64,000 bases of DNA from Salpingoeca rosetta. Lineage: Eukaryota; Protista; Choanoflagellata. The DNA is taken from contig JAWQFM010000009.1 in assembly GCA_033442325.1 (NCBI GenBank), positions 1,879,790 to 1,943,789 of the forward strand. The letters are read 5' to 3'. Made by a program: the position numbers and the translations under genes. The number at the start of each line of letters is the position of its first letter. The stretch's first letter is position 1. Positions 53,179 through 64,000 of the stretch are shown here, piece by piece. The notes beneath the pieces were generated by a model. That model was not told the origin of the DNA. It ran no database searches and saw only the letters and a list, made by a program, of their open reading frames with translations.

Positions 53179-54176
53179 GACAGAGAAGCAAGACAAGCAA
53201 TTTATCAAGGCAGGGCCAGCAAGCAGTAAGCAAGAAGAGGAAGAGGAAAATCGCACACACACCAAAAACCAGCAGCAAGCAGAAACGAGCAAACAACCGA
53301 TTCTGCTTTCCAACCAACCAACCAACCAACCAATCCACTCGCCGTTGCTTCATTCTTCTTCTTCTTCTGCGCAGCAGCTGGTGTGTGTGTGATGGTGGTG
53401 GTGGGAATGGTGATGGTGACCATGGTCGTCGTCGCTGCTGACAGGCAGGTGGGATGAGTTGAGGTGGGGTGAGGTGAGGTGGGGATGTGTCTTTGGTTCG
53501 TGCCCACACACACACACACACACACAAATTGGGGGTTGTGCGTGCCACGTTCCTTCCTTCTTCCTTCCTTCTCTTCCCTTCGTCGTCCTCGCTGACACAT
53601 TCACACACACACACATGTGCAGGGAGGGTGTGCGCACCGTCTCTCCCCTTTCTCCCATCCATCCATCCTTCCTTCCTTCCACCGTTGTGCATTTCCTCCT
53701 CCCGTGATGAACCACTCACCTTCTCCCTTCCTTCCTTTCCATCCATCCATCCATTCATCCATCGTTGTCCATTTCCTTCTCCTGTGATGAACCACGCACA
53801 ACCAACCAACCAACCAACCAACCAACGACCACATGAATGACCCATCCATCGACAGGTGAGGGTGAGATTGAGTGCTCCCACTTCTTCCTCCCACTTTGTG
53901 CTCCTCCTCCCCTTCTTCCCCTTGCACACTGCGCACAGCAACAACAACCACCACCATAAACAACAACAACAACACAGCGCACGCTGTCATCGTGCACACA
54001 CACACACACACAGGTGGACCACCATCAATCCGTGCATGGGTGGTTGGATCACATACCAACACACACCACTGCGTGGTACACACCAATACACACACATACG
54101 CACTCACACTCACACACTCACTTGCTCACCGTTGTGTGGTGACAGAACAGTTGCCATCACCCACCGTCATACAGCA

Positions 54177-57100
54177 GGCGACCCTGAGAATGGATTATGC
54201 AACCTCTCAACCAGTGAGCAGCACAGACATGAGAGAGAGGGGGAAATGGCATCAACCAACATCGCAGCCAATGTGTGTGCGTGTGTGTGTGCACGGGGTT
54301 GTGTTTCTTCTCATCCTCCTCCTTCCTGTCTTTCTTCTTTCTGTCTGTCTGTGACAGGCTACTCACTGCCGTTGTTGCTTGCTTGTTTGTGGTGGTGCGT
54401 GCAGATGGATGTATTCCATCATCATCATCAGCAGCAGCAGCAGCAGCAGGTGCTGGCTGATGCGTGAGGCAGTGGGCAACCCTCCACCAACCAACCCACA
54501 AATGACTGCATGCTGACGGACTATTGGTGATCAAACCACTGCATCACCCAGACAGTTGTGCATGTGTGTGTGTGTGTGTGTGCGTCGACGTGCACGTTCT
54601 CTTCTCTGCCCACTCACACGCCATCATCACCCCCTCTCATGTTCTTGTGTGGTTGCTCACATCCTTCCCTCCTTCCCACTCTCAACACCAACACCACCAC
54701 CCTTCCACGCTTGTTTCTCCTTCCTTCTGCTGTCGCCACAGAGGGCCTTGAGCCAGCACCTGTCACCCCCACCCTCCACCAACCACCACTGCTCTGGTGG
54801 GATGAACAGACGGGCGCTGCCATGTGATGACCATCCAGCCACGCTTGTGCGGCTGTGGAAACAGCAACACCAACTCACACCGCAAAGCAAGCAAGCAAGC
54901 GATGAGCAACGTGAGTGCACCACTGCACGTGTGTGTGTGTGTGTATGATGCGCACAGCACCAGTGTGCGTGTTTTGTGGTCGCTGTCTCTGCTGCTCCTG
55001 CCTCCCCTTGTTGTCCCACATCAATGTGCATGCATGTGTGTGGTGCGGCTGCCTGTTTTGCCTTGCTTGATGTGCTGTCTCATTCGTCGTTCTCACACAC
55101 GACTGCTTGCATCCCTGCACATTCTCCACCTTGCAGTCGCTGCTCGTCTTTCCCTCTCTTTCTCGCCCTCCCTGACGGCCATCACAACAACAACAACAAC
55201 AACAGCAGCCAACACACCCTCCACCGCCAATGCAGCAGCAGCAGCACCACCACCACCACCACCACTTGCTGCTGAGCCCATCCCCCAACCAACCAACCAA
55301 CCAACCCATCGCCCACTGCTGCTGGCAGAAGCTGGCTGCCCGCTGCTGGGAACAGGTAGCGACAGCACAAGTTGCGTTTTCGGCAGCCGCAGCAGAGGTG
55401 AGGGCGTGAGGAAGAGGGAAAAGGGAGAGGAGGTTGGATGGATGGATGGATGGATTTATGGATGAGGTGGGGTGGGGGATGCTGGGTGTGGTGTGGTGCG
55501 GTGTGGCTGGTGACGGGGATGGCGGTGTGGTGGTGTGAGGAAGATGGATGGGTGGATGGATGGGGTGCCGCATGTCTTGTTCCTTCCCTTCTGTTTTCTG
55601 TTTCCTCTCTCTCTCTCTCTCTTCCCTTTCTCCTCCTTCACACACATGCATGCACAACACCAGCAGTGACAGCAGCAGTGTGACTGCGCACACATCAATG
55701 CTTTCTCTTCCCTCCCACTCACTCACCATGCTGGTGCTCGCACACAAACACATTCACAGGCGATGCGCACGCACAGGCAGCAGGATGAGGGAACTGTCGA
55801 GGATACTTGCCACGCGTGCCAAGTGCACTCGCCTCACACATGGTATGTGGGTGGTGATGAGTGGTTGGTTGGTTGTGTGATGGGCTGGCGGCGGTGATGG
55901 TGATGTGGTGAAGCGAACACGAGGGAAGGGGGTTGATGGGGGATGATGGTCACACACATACACACACGCACGCACACACACACACGTGGTGCGTGTGACG
56001 TCAATCACACTTCTTGCTGTGCTGACGTGATGGCTTGCTCTGTGCCTATTGTGTTCTGTTCCCATTCACATTCCCTGCAACCACGCACAAACACGCACAC
56101 ATGCACAGGTAGTGAGGTACCAGCACACATCAGGATGTTGATGGAAGCGGGCTCGCATGCCGGCTGCTGCTGCTGCAACTCCCCTGATTCAGCTGCCGTT
56201 GCTGTGTTCATGCAGTGTTCCCATATGCGTGAGCAAGGTGAGCCCATCATGGATGCTTTGGTTGGCACATGGTGCATGTGTTGCTGTTGTTGCTGAGGGT
56301 GTTTGGTGTTGCTGCTGTTGTACCTCGTGCAGCAGCGTAGCTGTGCAGCTCACATGCCATGTGTGTGTGTGTGTGTTTGCGGCTGCAGGGGGCGACTACC
56401 TGAGGATCGTTGGAGGATGATGGGCGGTGCACACATGATGGGTTGGGAGGAGCAGCTGTGGATACACACGCCCATGGTCATGGTGGGCACATCCAACCAC
56501 AGCGACGCAGCTATGCGCAGCAGGTGTGTGTGTGTGTGTGTGTCGTGGGCGAGGAGGAGGAAAGCAGAGAGGGGGCAGGAAGGTGAACACGCCTGCCGTG
56601 CTCACATGTCATGCCTGTGCCTTTGTGTGATGATATCGTTGTGTCTTGTCGTTGTGTGTTGGTTGCATGGGCACCAGGCCCACGTCAGAGGAGGGGAAAG
56701 CAGCCGCCACGAACGACCCCATCATCATCATCAACCTTCCCCATTTCTCTCTCCCTTTCTCCTCTCTTCCACCTCAGCTCCGCTGCCACCGTCATCGCCA
56801 TCATCGCCATCACACTCCGGCCGACACCAGCCCCAATCTCACTCCGGCTCACACCAGCCCCAATCTGGCGTGATGCAGACATTGCACATGTCACTCGCTC
56901 TGACGAAGAGGTGAGCAATGTGTGTGTGTGTGTGCGTGTGATTGTGTGTCAGTGCGGGTGGTTGGATGGGGCTGGCGTGTGGTTAATGATGCTTCGCTGT
57001 CAACCTCACTCCCTCCATTCTCCTCTTCGTGTGTCCGTGCACACACGTTTCACAGCGTTGAGGAGGCACATGAAGCGGTGGAACCAACGACGATGACGAT

Positions 57101-59747
57101 GATGACGAGTGATGAAGGTGAGAGGGGCGACTTAGATGTGTGTGTGTGTGCGTGTGTGTTGGTTGACATGTTGTGTTTCTTTCTTCGCCTCCCTCTTTCC
57201 TTGTCTGTTCTGTCCACTCATGTGTCTTTTCTTCTTCTTCTCCCCCCTTTTTTTTTCGATTGATTTGGACACAGGGCCATGCATCCCGTCTCCATCCAAC
57301 CAACCGACCAAGCAGCCGAGCGAGCGAGCAAAGGACACGGCGTGGCAAGGGGCCGTTTGTTTTCACCGTTCCCACCATCAACAGCAACAACAACAGCAAC
57401 AGCTGATGTCTGGCTGCATTTTGGATGAGCTGACCCTATGGCTCTGGTCCATCTCCACCTGCTCCTCGTCGTCATTGGTCACCAACGGCAGCGGCTGTGG
57501 CCGTGGATGTGGAGGTGAGATAAATGGCGGTGGTGGTGGTGATGGTGTGGGTGGTGTGTGATGTGTTGGGTGTGAACATCAGCATGTAATTGTGTGTGAT
57601 TGTGAAGTGCTGGTCGGATGTCGTTGGGTCTGTTGGTGGTGGCAATGGGTTTTGTTGTCGTTGACAGCCTGATTCTGCGACAACTCACCTCTTTCTCCAC
57701 ACGCACACACAGGGTGTAATGTGCGTCGATGTGCCGTTGCCTCACATGACGATGATGATGATGATGGTGGTGAGTGATTTGTGGTGGATGTGGACTTGCG
57801 TACGCACACGCATGCGCAGGCGTGATGCATGTGGCGGTGGTGGTGGTGTTTGTGGTGGGATGTGACATGCGCGTGCACAGGTGATGATGTGGGTGATGTG
57901 AACGTAACAAAGGAGGTGGATGTGGTTTGTTTCTGCCATGCTGGCTCGCTGCGTGGTGTCATTCTTGCTGATTTGGTTCTTTGTGCTTGCGCATGTGTGC
58001 ATGTGTGTGATTTTGCACAGGACGGTGGCCGTTCTCTTCCCAAGCCCCCCATGACACGAGCAGGGCGATACACGCACACACAAATGTGCAAGAAAAGAAG
58101 GCACCAGGTGAGACGCTGGGGCTGTGTGTGTGTGTGTGTGTGTGTGTGGTGATGGGTAGAGTGGTGGCACACACACAAACGCACGCATGTACGCGCACGC
58201 ATGTACACGTGGATGCCAACACACCAGAGCTGACATTGGCTGTGGGGTGGTTGCACTGACGTGTGTCTCACATGAATCAATCACACAACACATGTGTGTG
58301 CGTGTGTGCGTGGCTGCAGGCGGACGTGTGCAGGGTTTCCCCAGCGGATTTCCTTCCTTCTTTTCCCAACCAATCGCCTCTACTCTGTGTCATCATCATC
58401 ATCAGCCTTCCCCATGCGATGTGCAGCTGTTGAGGCATGATCGAGACAGCGGCCAACACAGGTATTTCAGCAGTGGTGGATGTGGTGGTGGTGGTGTGCC
58501 TGCTTGGTTGCTTGCTTGTTGGGTGCTTGCTTCGTTGTTCTTGTGTGTAGGTGATGCACCCGCCCACATCATGCTGCATATTCCCATGCGTGGTCCCTTG
58601 TGTCCCTCCTTTCATGTCCTCACCATCGCCGGTCATTGTTGTTCGTCTCTGGTTGGTTTCTCCTTGCTTCACAGGCACGCAGGGCAGGCTGGCTCGCTGC
58701 TGCTGGTGGCTGCTGTGATGATGGCCGGGCGTGTGCGTGTGCGCTGTGCACCGTGTTTGGGGCTGCACGGATGAAGACAAGGAAGGACACGGCCCGTGCC
58801 CACCACTCTTCCCTCTTCATCTCCTCTTTCTGCTCCATCAGCGATGACGATGGTGGCCATGACATGTGATTGCGGTTCCTTTTTCTAACTTTCGCTGTGG
58901 CCCATCCGCTGGCTGGCTGGCTGCATCAAGCACAGGTGAGGATGATTATTGGCGGTTGGTTGGCTGGTTGGGGGGCTGGGTTGTGTGGAGTGGTGCAGGG
59001 GGAGGAGGGAAGTGACACGGCGGTGGTGGTGATTGGGCGACGTGGGAGTGCAGAGCGAAAGGAGGGAGAGGGAAGGTAAGTGATGGAAGGGCGATGATGT
59101 TGGTTGGGGGATGGGGAGTGCGTGTGCACATGCACGTGATGTCCTTGGTGGTATCACATGACAATGACACATATATCAGTGGCTCATTCCTTTTGCTTGC
59201 ACCTGTGATTGTGTGATTGTGGTGATGACTGCAGCAGGCAACACACGGCGGTGATGCTGGATTGGATTGGCTGGGGTTGACTGGCCAATCATGTCATGTC
59301 GCCCATTTCTCTCTCTTCGTTGCTCATCTCAACTGGGAACATACACGGCGATGTGTGCGTGTGTGCGTGTGTGCGTGTACATGTGTGTGCGTCGCCATCA
59401 ACCACGCCGACAGCGACACGATGCACGAGGTGAGGGCATGCAATGGTGTGCGTGTGTTTGGTGGAAGAGGTTGAGGGGAAGTGGGGGAGGAAGGCGTTCA
59501 TCATGGCCATCATCACCACCATGGCTGTGCACCGTGTCATGTGACCGTGCATTTGGGGGATGGAGATGAGGGGAGAGATGTTGTCGTTGTAATGCTTGTG
59601 GTGGTTGTGTTTTGCATTGTTATGTATGCGTGTGCATGGTGCATCGTCTCACTCTGCAATGCCATGTGTGACTGTGTGTGTGTGTGTGTGTGACTGCAGA
59701 TGTGCGTGTGCGCATATGTCGGGCAGATGCGTTGATCGACGACGAGG
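54177..59747 (+). other. Scattered probable + strand exons of an unresolved gene (possibly the phosphatase N-terminus)
   Basis: Several CAG...GT-bounded non-repetitive segments (e.g. ~54742-54910, 56388-56523, 56678-56910, 57056-57117, 57275-57515). No confident domain or reading frame. Confidence 0.3.
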
Positions 59748-61017
59748 TGTGTGTGATTGCGTGTGTGGTTGACCTTCGTGTCCTTGTGTCCTTGTGCCAT
59801 CACATACAACGCACAACACCAAGCACACATCATCACCATTGCACGCCCATGTGTTGTTGTTGTCCACTCATGCATGGCATGCTCACATCCACCGCCCTTC
59901 CCTTGCTTCTTCTCCTTCCTCTCTGCTGCTGCTGCCACCCCTTCCACTGTTTCCCTCCAACCCCCTTTGCACACACACAGTGAGGAACCCATCTGCATCC
60001 AAGACCCATGCCCACACCCACATCCAGGCATGACAAGCCATGGCGAGCTGTGCCACCTCAACCAACACAACTCAACCCAGGCCGAGGAAAGGAAGAGGGG
60101 AAGCAAGGACAGAAGACGTGGGGGCTCCCAATAGATGTGTGTGTGTGTTGATGGACGGTGTTCTCCTTCCCCCCCTCTCCATCGCCTCGCCTCTTTCTTC
60201 CATGGCGGTCTGGCTGGGTGGCCGTTGCCTTGTTTGTTTTCTCTTCCAGCCCTTTGTGGCTGTTGGTTGTCTGTTGTGACTGTGAGAAGGAGGGGGAGGA
60301 GGAGGAGGAAGCGAAGAAGAGATAAGGGGAGGGGATGCATGCTGTGCACAGCTGTGTGTGTGTTTGTTTCTTCTCCTTTTCCATTCCCCCTTCTCTTCTC
60401 CCCTTCTCTTCTCCCTCCTCAGCCTGCAAGGCCTGTGAGCCTGCGTTGCATTCACACACAGTGCTGTTCCCCCTTCCTCTTCTCCTTCTTCTGCTTCTTG
60501 TCTCATTGAAACCAACCAACCAAGCAAGCAAGCAAGCAACCAAGCAAGCAAGTCCGCCCTTCAACAAGCAAAAGCAAACAGCAGTTGCCGCACAAACGCA
60601 GCAGTGGGCGATTATTTGTGGCATCTTCGACAAATCGCCCAAACACGAATCAACAAGACCAAACACACACAAACAAGCAACAAGCGACAGGCGAAACGCG
60701 AATCAAGGTGCATGTGTGTGTGTGTTGAGTGGGAGTGAGAGGTGGTGGCTTGCGTTGTTCGTGTGCGTGGCTGGCGCAGGGTTGGTGGAGAGGGGGGAGA
60801 GGGTGCGCGTTGTGACGGGCACTCACTGGCGGTCCTGTTGTGGGTGGTCTCGTTTGGTTCCATGGACTGTGTGGGGCGTGGTGGGTGATGGTGTGATGGT
60901 GAACAGGTGCAAGCAGAGAACACGCACAACAGCGCCAAACCATGGATGTGTGCAGGGCCAACGGCATGCAAGGCGTTGCCCACGGTCCGTGAGGCTGACA
61001 TATGTGCTGCACAGGCC

Positions 61018-61117
61018 NNNNNNNNNNNNNNNNNNNNNNNNNNNNNNNNNNNNNNNNNNNNNNNNNNNNNNNNNNNNNNNNNNNNNNNNNNNNNNNNNNN
61101 NNNNNNNNNNNNNNNNN
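61018..61117. other. Assembly gap (100 N)
   Basis: N run; it probably hides the GDxHG and GDxVDRG exons of the phosphatase. Confidence 1.
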
Positions 61118-61156
61118 AAAGTTGTTGTTGTGTTGTTGTGTGATGTAGTTGTGTAG

Positions 61157-61189
<33 letters not shown>

Positions 61190-61302
61190 CTGTGTGTCCA
61201 CTGCTGTGTATGATGGTATCACCAATGCGTTAGCATTGATGTCGTGTATGCTTGGTCACGACTCTCGTGCGTGTACACTGCTGCTGTTGCCTGTGGTTGC
61301 AG

Positions 61303-62720
61303 GTCATCACGCTGCTCATGTGTCTAAAGCTGCGGTACCCCAAGCGTGTGTTTCTCGCTCGAGGTGAGCATGCGCACGTGCAAAGAGAGCTCGCAACGCC
61401 GCCCGCTGTGTGTGCCGCTGCTCAGCGTCACGTTGCTGTCTTCGTGGCCATCTTGGCATGTTTCTATCCGCCCACCCATGCCGTCACCGCTCTTCTTACA
61501 CATGTGCATGTGTGTGCATGCAGACAATCACGAGGACTCGTGGGTGAACAAGTTCTTTGGGTTCAGGGACGAGTGTTTGCAGCGGCTGCCTGATGGCGTC
61601 ATTGTGTGGCAGATGATCAACAAGGTTTGAAGCCATGGAATGACTCTTGTGTGTGTTCGTGTACGTGTGTGTGCATGCGTGTGCATGTGCGTGTGCATGT
61701 GCGTGTGCCGCTTGTGCGTAAGAGTTGCATTGTCATCGTCCTCTGCTCACAACTTGATGAACCCTGACGATGATTGCTTGCATGCGTGCATGTTGGCAGT
61801 TGTTTGAGTACCTGCCGCTTGGCACAGTTGTGGACGACTCCATCCTGTGCATTCACGGTGGCATTGGAAGGGTGCGCTCACACCACACTTGCGTGCCTGT
61901 GTGTTGTTGCAAGCGAGGGTGCGGTGTTTACCGCGTCTCGATGATCAGTGCTCGTGTACTCTCGCCCAGCATGACCTGAATGCATACACACGCACCCCCA
62001 TATCCACACGCGCCCCATACCCACACGCACACCCGCAGGATTTTCGGTCTTTGGAGGACCTGCGCCGGATCAAGCGTCCATTCCGCCCATCTGAGGGCGA
62101 TGACACACACGAAATCCGCGTTGCGCGAGACGCACTCTGGTCCGACCCAACCGAGAGCGACGAGCACCTAGGTGTGGGTTTGTTTGCGTGTGTATGTGTG
62201 TGTGTGTGCATGGAGGTTTGTTTGCGCATTCTTGCATGCAAGTACGGTGCGTGTCCTCGCAGTCTTGGAGCCGTTTTGTTATCTCTCATCCCTGACACAC
62301 GCACACACACACACACGTGTGACATTTGGTGTCATTGCAGGGCTGCACGCAAGCGCGACACGCGGTGCCACCATTGTGCAGCTTGGTCCAGACATGGTTC
62401 GCACCTTCCTTCGCGAAAACAGTCAGTTGCGGGGAGGGGGGGGGAGTATGGCGAGATGGCACACATCACTTGGCCGGTTTCATTCTTTCATCTGCCATGT
62501 TTTAAATTCATATGCGCCCCACTCCCTGTCTGCTGCAGCCATGGTTGCATGTGCGTAGCGTCGCTCGTGCTTTCTGTCATTGTTAATATGAGCCCTTGTG
62601 TGCCCGGTGTGTACAGACCTGCAGATGATTGTGCGGGCGCACCAGTGTGTCAAGGATGGCTATGAGTTCTTTGCCGGGCAGCAGCTGGTGACTGTCTTCT
62701 CCGCAACAGACTACTGCGGC

Positions 62721-62760
<40 letters not shown>

Positions 62761-62940
62761 ATGTGCGCGCTCTTTGTCAGGTGCCTGAAACTTTTGATAC
62801 CCGTGTGCTACCCCACCCACGTCCCCTCACGGTCGTTCATTTGTTTTCGTGCATTTTACCTCTCAGGTTCGGGAACGATGCTGCCATGCTCGTTATCAAC
62901 CGTGAGCTCAGCGTCGCTGTGCACGTCATCAAGCCAGACG

Positions 62941-63009
<69 letters not shown>

Positions 63010-63278
63010 CCGCGTGTACCTTTGTGTGCAGCCTTGCAGTCGTGCCCAGTGCAATGTTTCCCTGTCTGCGTGTCTGATACGCTGTTTGTGCGCTGTCTTC
63101 TCACACATCTCGTGTGAATGTGCGCGGCGTGTGCGGCTTACAGAGCTATCTTGGTCTGTCATCGTGGCAGCCACGCCAGCCCAGCAGTCCCCTGCCCCCA
63201 TCACTTGGTGGCGGCGATGAAGATGAAACTCCACACACCGTCACAGGCGAATACCCTCCCTTCAGTCTCGACGACTGA
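61303..63278 (+). CDS. PPP-family Ser/Thr phosphatase catalytic domain, PPKL/BSU1-like (3' part)
   Basis: [20 protein letters not shown]|DNHED...GFRDEC...LFEYLPLG...[10 protein letters not shown]...[15 protein letters not shown]|[26 protein letters not shown]|[36 protein letters not shown]|FGNDAAML. The last exon and stop are tentative. Confidence 0.85.
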
Positions 63279-64000
63279 TCTGCCGTGTGTAGCTTGTTTG
63301 CTTGTTTGTTGGTGGTGATGCTGGTGCACGCTTGCGTGCACGTGTGTTGGATGAGCGCTTGCATGCTTGATGCGCTGTGGTGCGTGCATTTGTTTGTGTG
63401 AGGTGTGCGTTGTTGCATTCAGCTAGGTTCGGATCAGATAATGCCGTTGTAAACGGGTGCATTGGAATTGCCTGATGGTGTGCGTGTCTGTATTTTACAT
63501 AATTGCACGTGATTTTGTTGTGGTTCCTTGCTGCGTACGGCCTTGCCTGTCTTTGGCGTGGTTGATTTGTTTGCACTGTTGGTTGAAAACACAAGTCAAG
63601 CGTGCTGGGAAGCTGATGGCAAGGCAGAGAAGATCCACACAAAAGAAACGGTGTACAGTACACTACGTCGCCAAGACAGCAGTCCAACGCTGCTGAATAT
63701 TGAGCACAAACGCCCAAACACTTGCGCAAAGGGGGCGGGTTGAATTCGAGGGGAACAGTAAGAAAACTACACCACACACAAACATCCCGACGACGCGACA
63801 GCGACAGCGGCACCACTGTCTTGCCTTGCAGTCAAGCACTTTGACCCGCTCGCCCGCTGGGTTGTCAAAGCAAGCGAGCGCACTTCAATGTCGGGGGTTG
63901 TGCGCGTTTGAACGTGTGGCAATACATTCGCACACGTGCTTGCTCTACTTGCAGCAGATGTGACGGTGGCCGAGTAAACACTGTTGGTGAGCGGCGTTGT

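Noticed and set aside
55996-56003. CRE palindrome TGACGTCA
   Set aside because: An 8-mer is expected about once per 64 kb by chance, and it is not near a defined start site.

Overview
Eukaryotic, intron-dense genomic DNA with (TG)n/(CA)n-filled introns, GT-AG splicing and three 100-N scaffold gaps. The style and gene content (a Shc adaptor with many Tyr motifs, a ciliary SPAG8-like gene) suggest a choanoflagellate such as Salpingoeca; this is an inference. Most long ORFs in the supplied track are microsatellite artefacts, so I built the gene models by manual exon joining and compared them with protein families from memory; no searches were run. Genes in order: EF-hand rhomboid (-, runs off the window), zinc-ribbon + bacterial-type PH protein (+), Shc (-), CMC2 (+), low-complexity unknown (-), prolyl oligopeptidase (-), LSm6 (+), ING-family PHD protein (-), CSN1 (+), intronless folate-biopterin (BT1) transporter (+), a cysteine-desulfurase/C2H2-finger/TtcA fusion (+), DDRGK1 (-), SPAG8-like (+), TM-type short tRNase Z with a C-terminal extension (+), a secreted protein with three PPC-like repeats (-), a solitary 5S rRNA gene (-), and a PPKL/BSU1-like Ser/Thr phosphatase (+). 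The best leads are the desulfurase-ZnF-TtcA fusion, a ~410-bp compositionally foreign island where a CSN1 exon is expected, a perfect 19-bp MARE/AP-1 palindrome in a 119-bp divergent promoter, and several genes with non-animal/non-fungal affinities.
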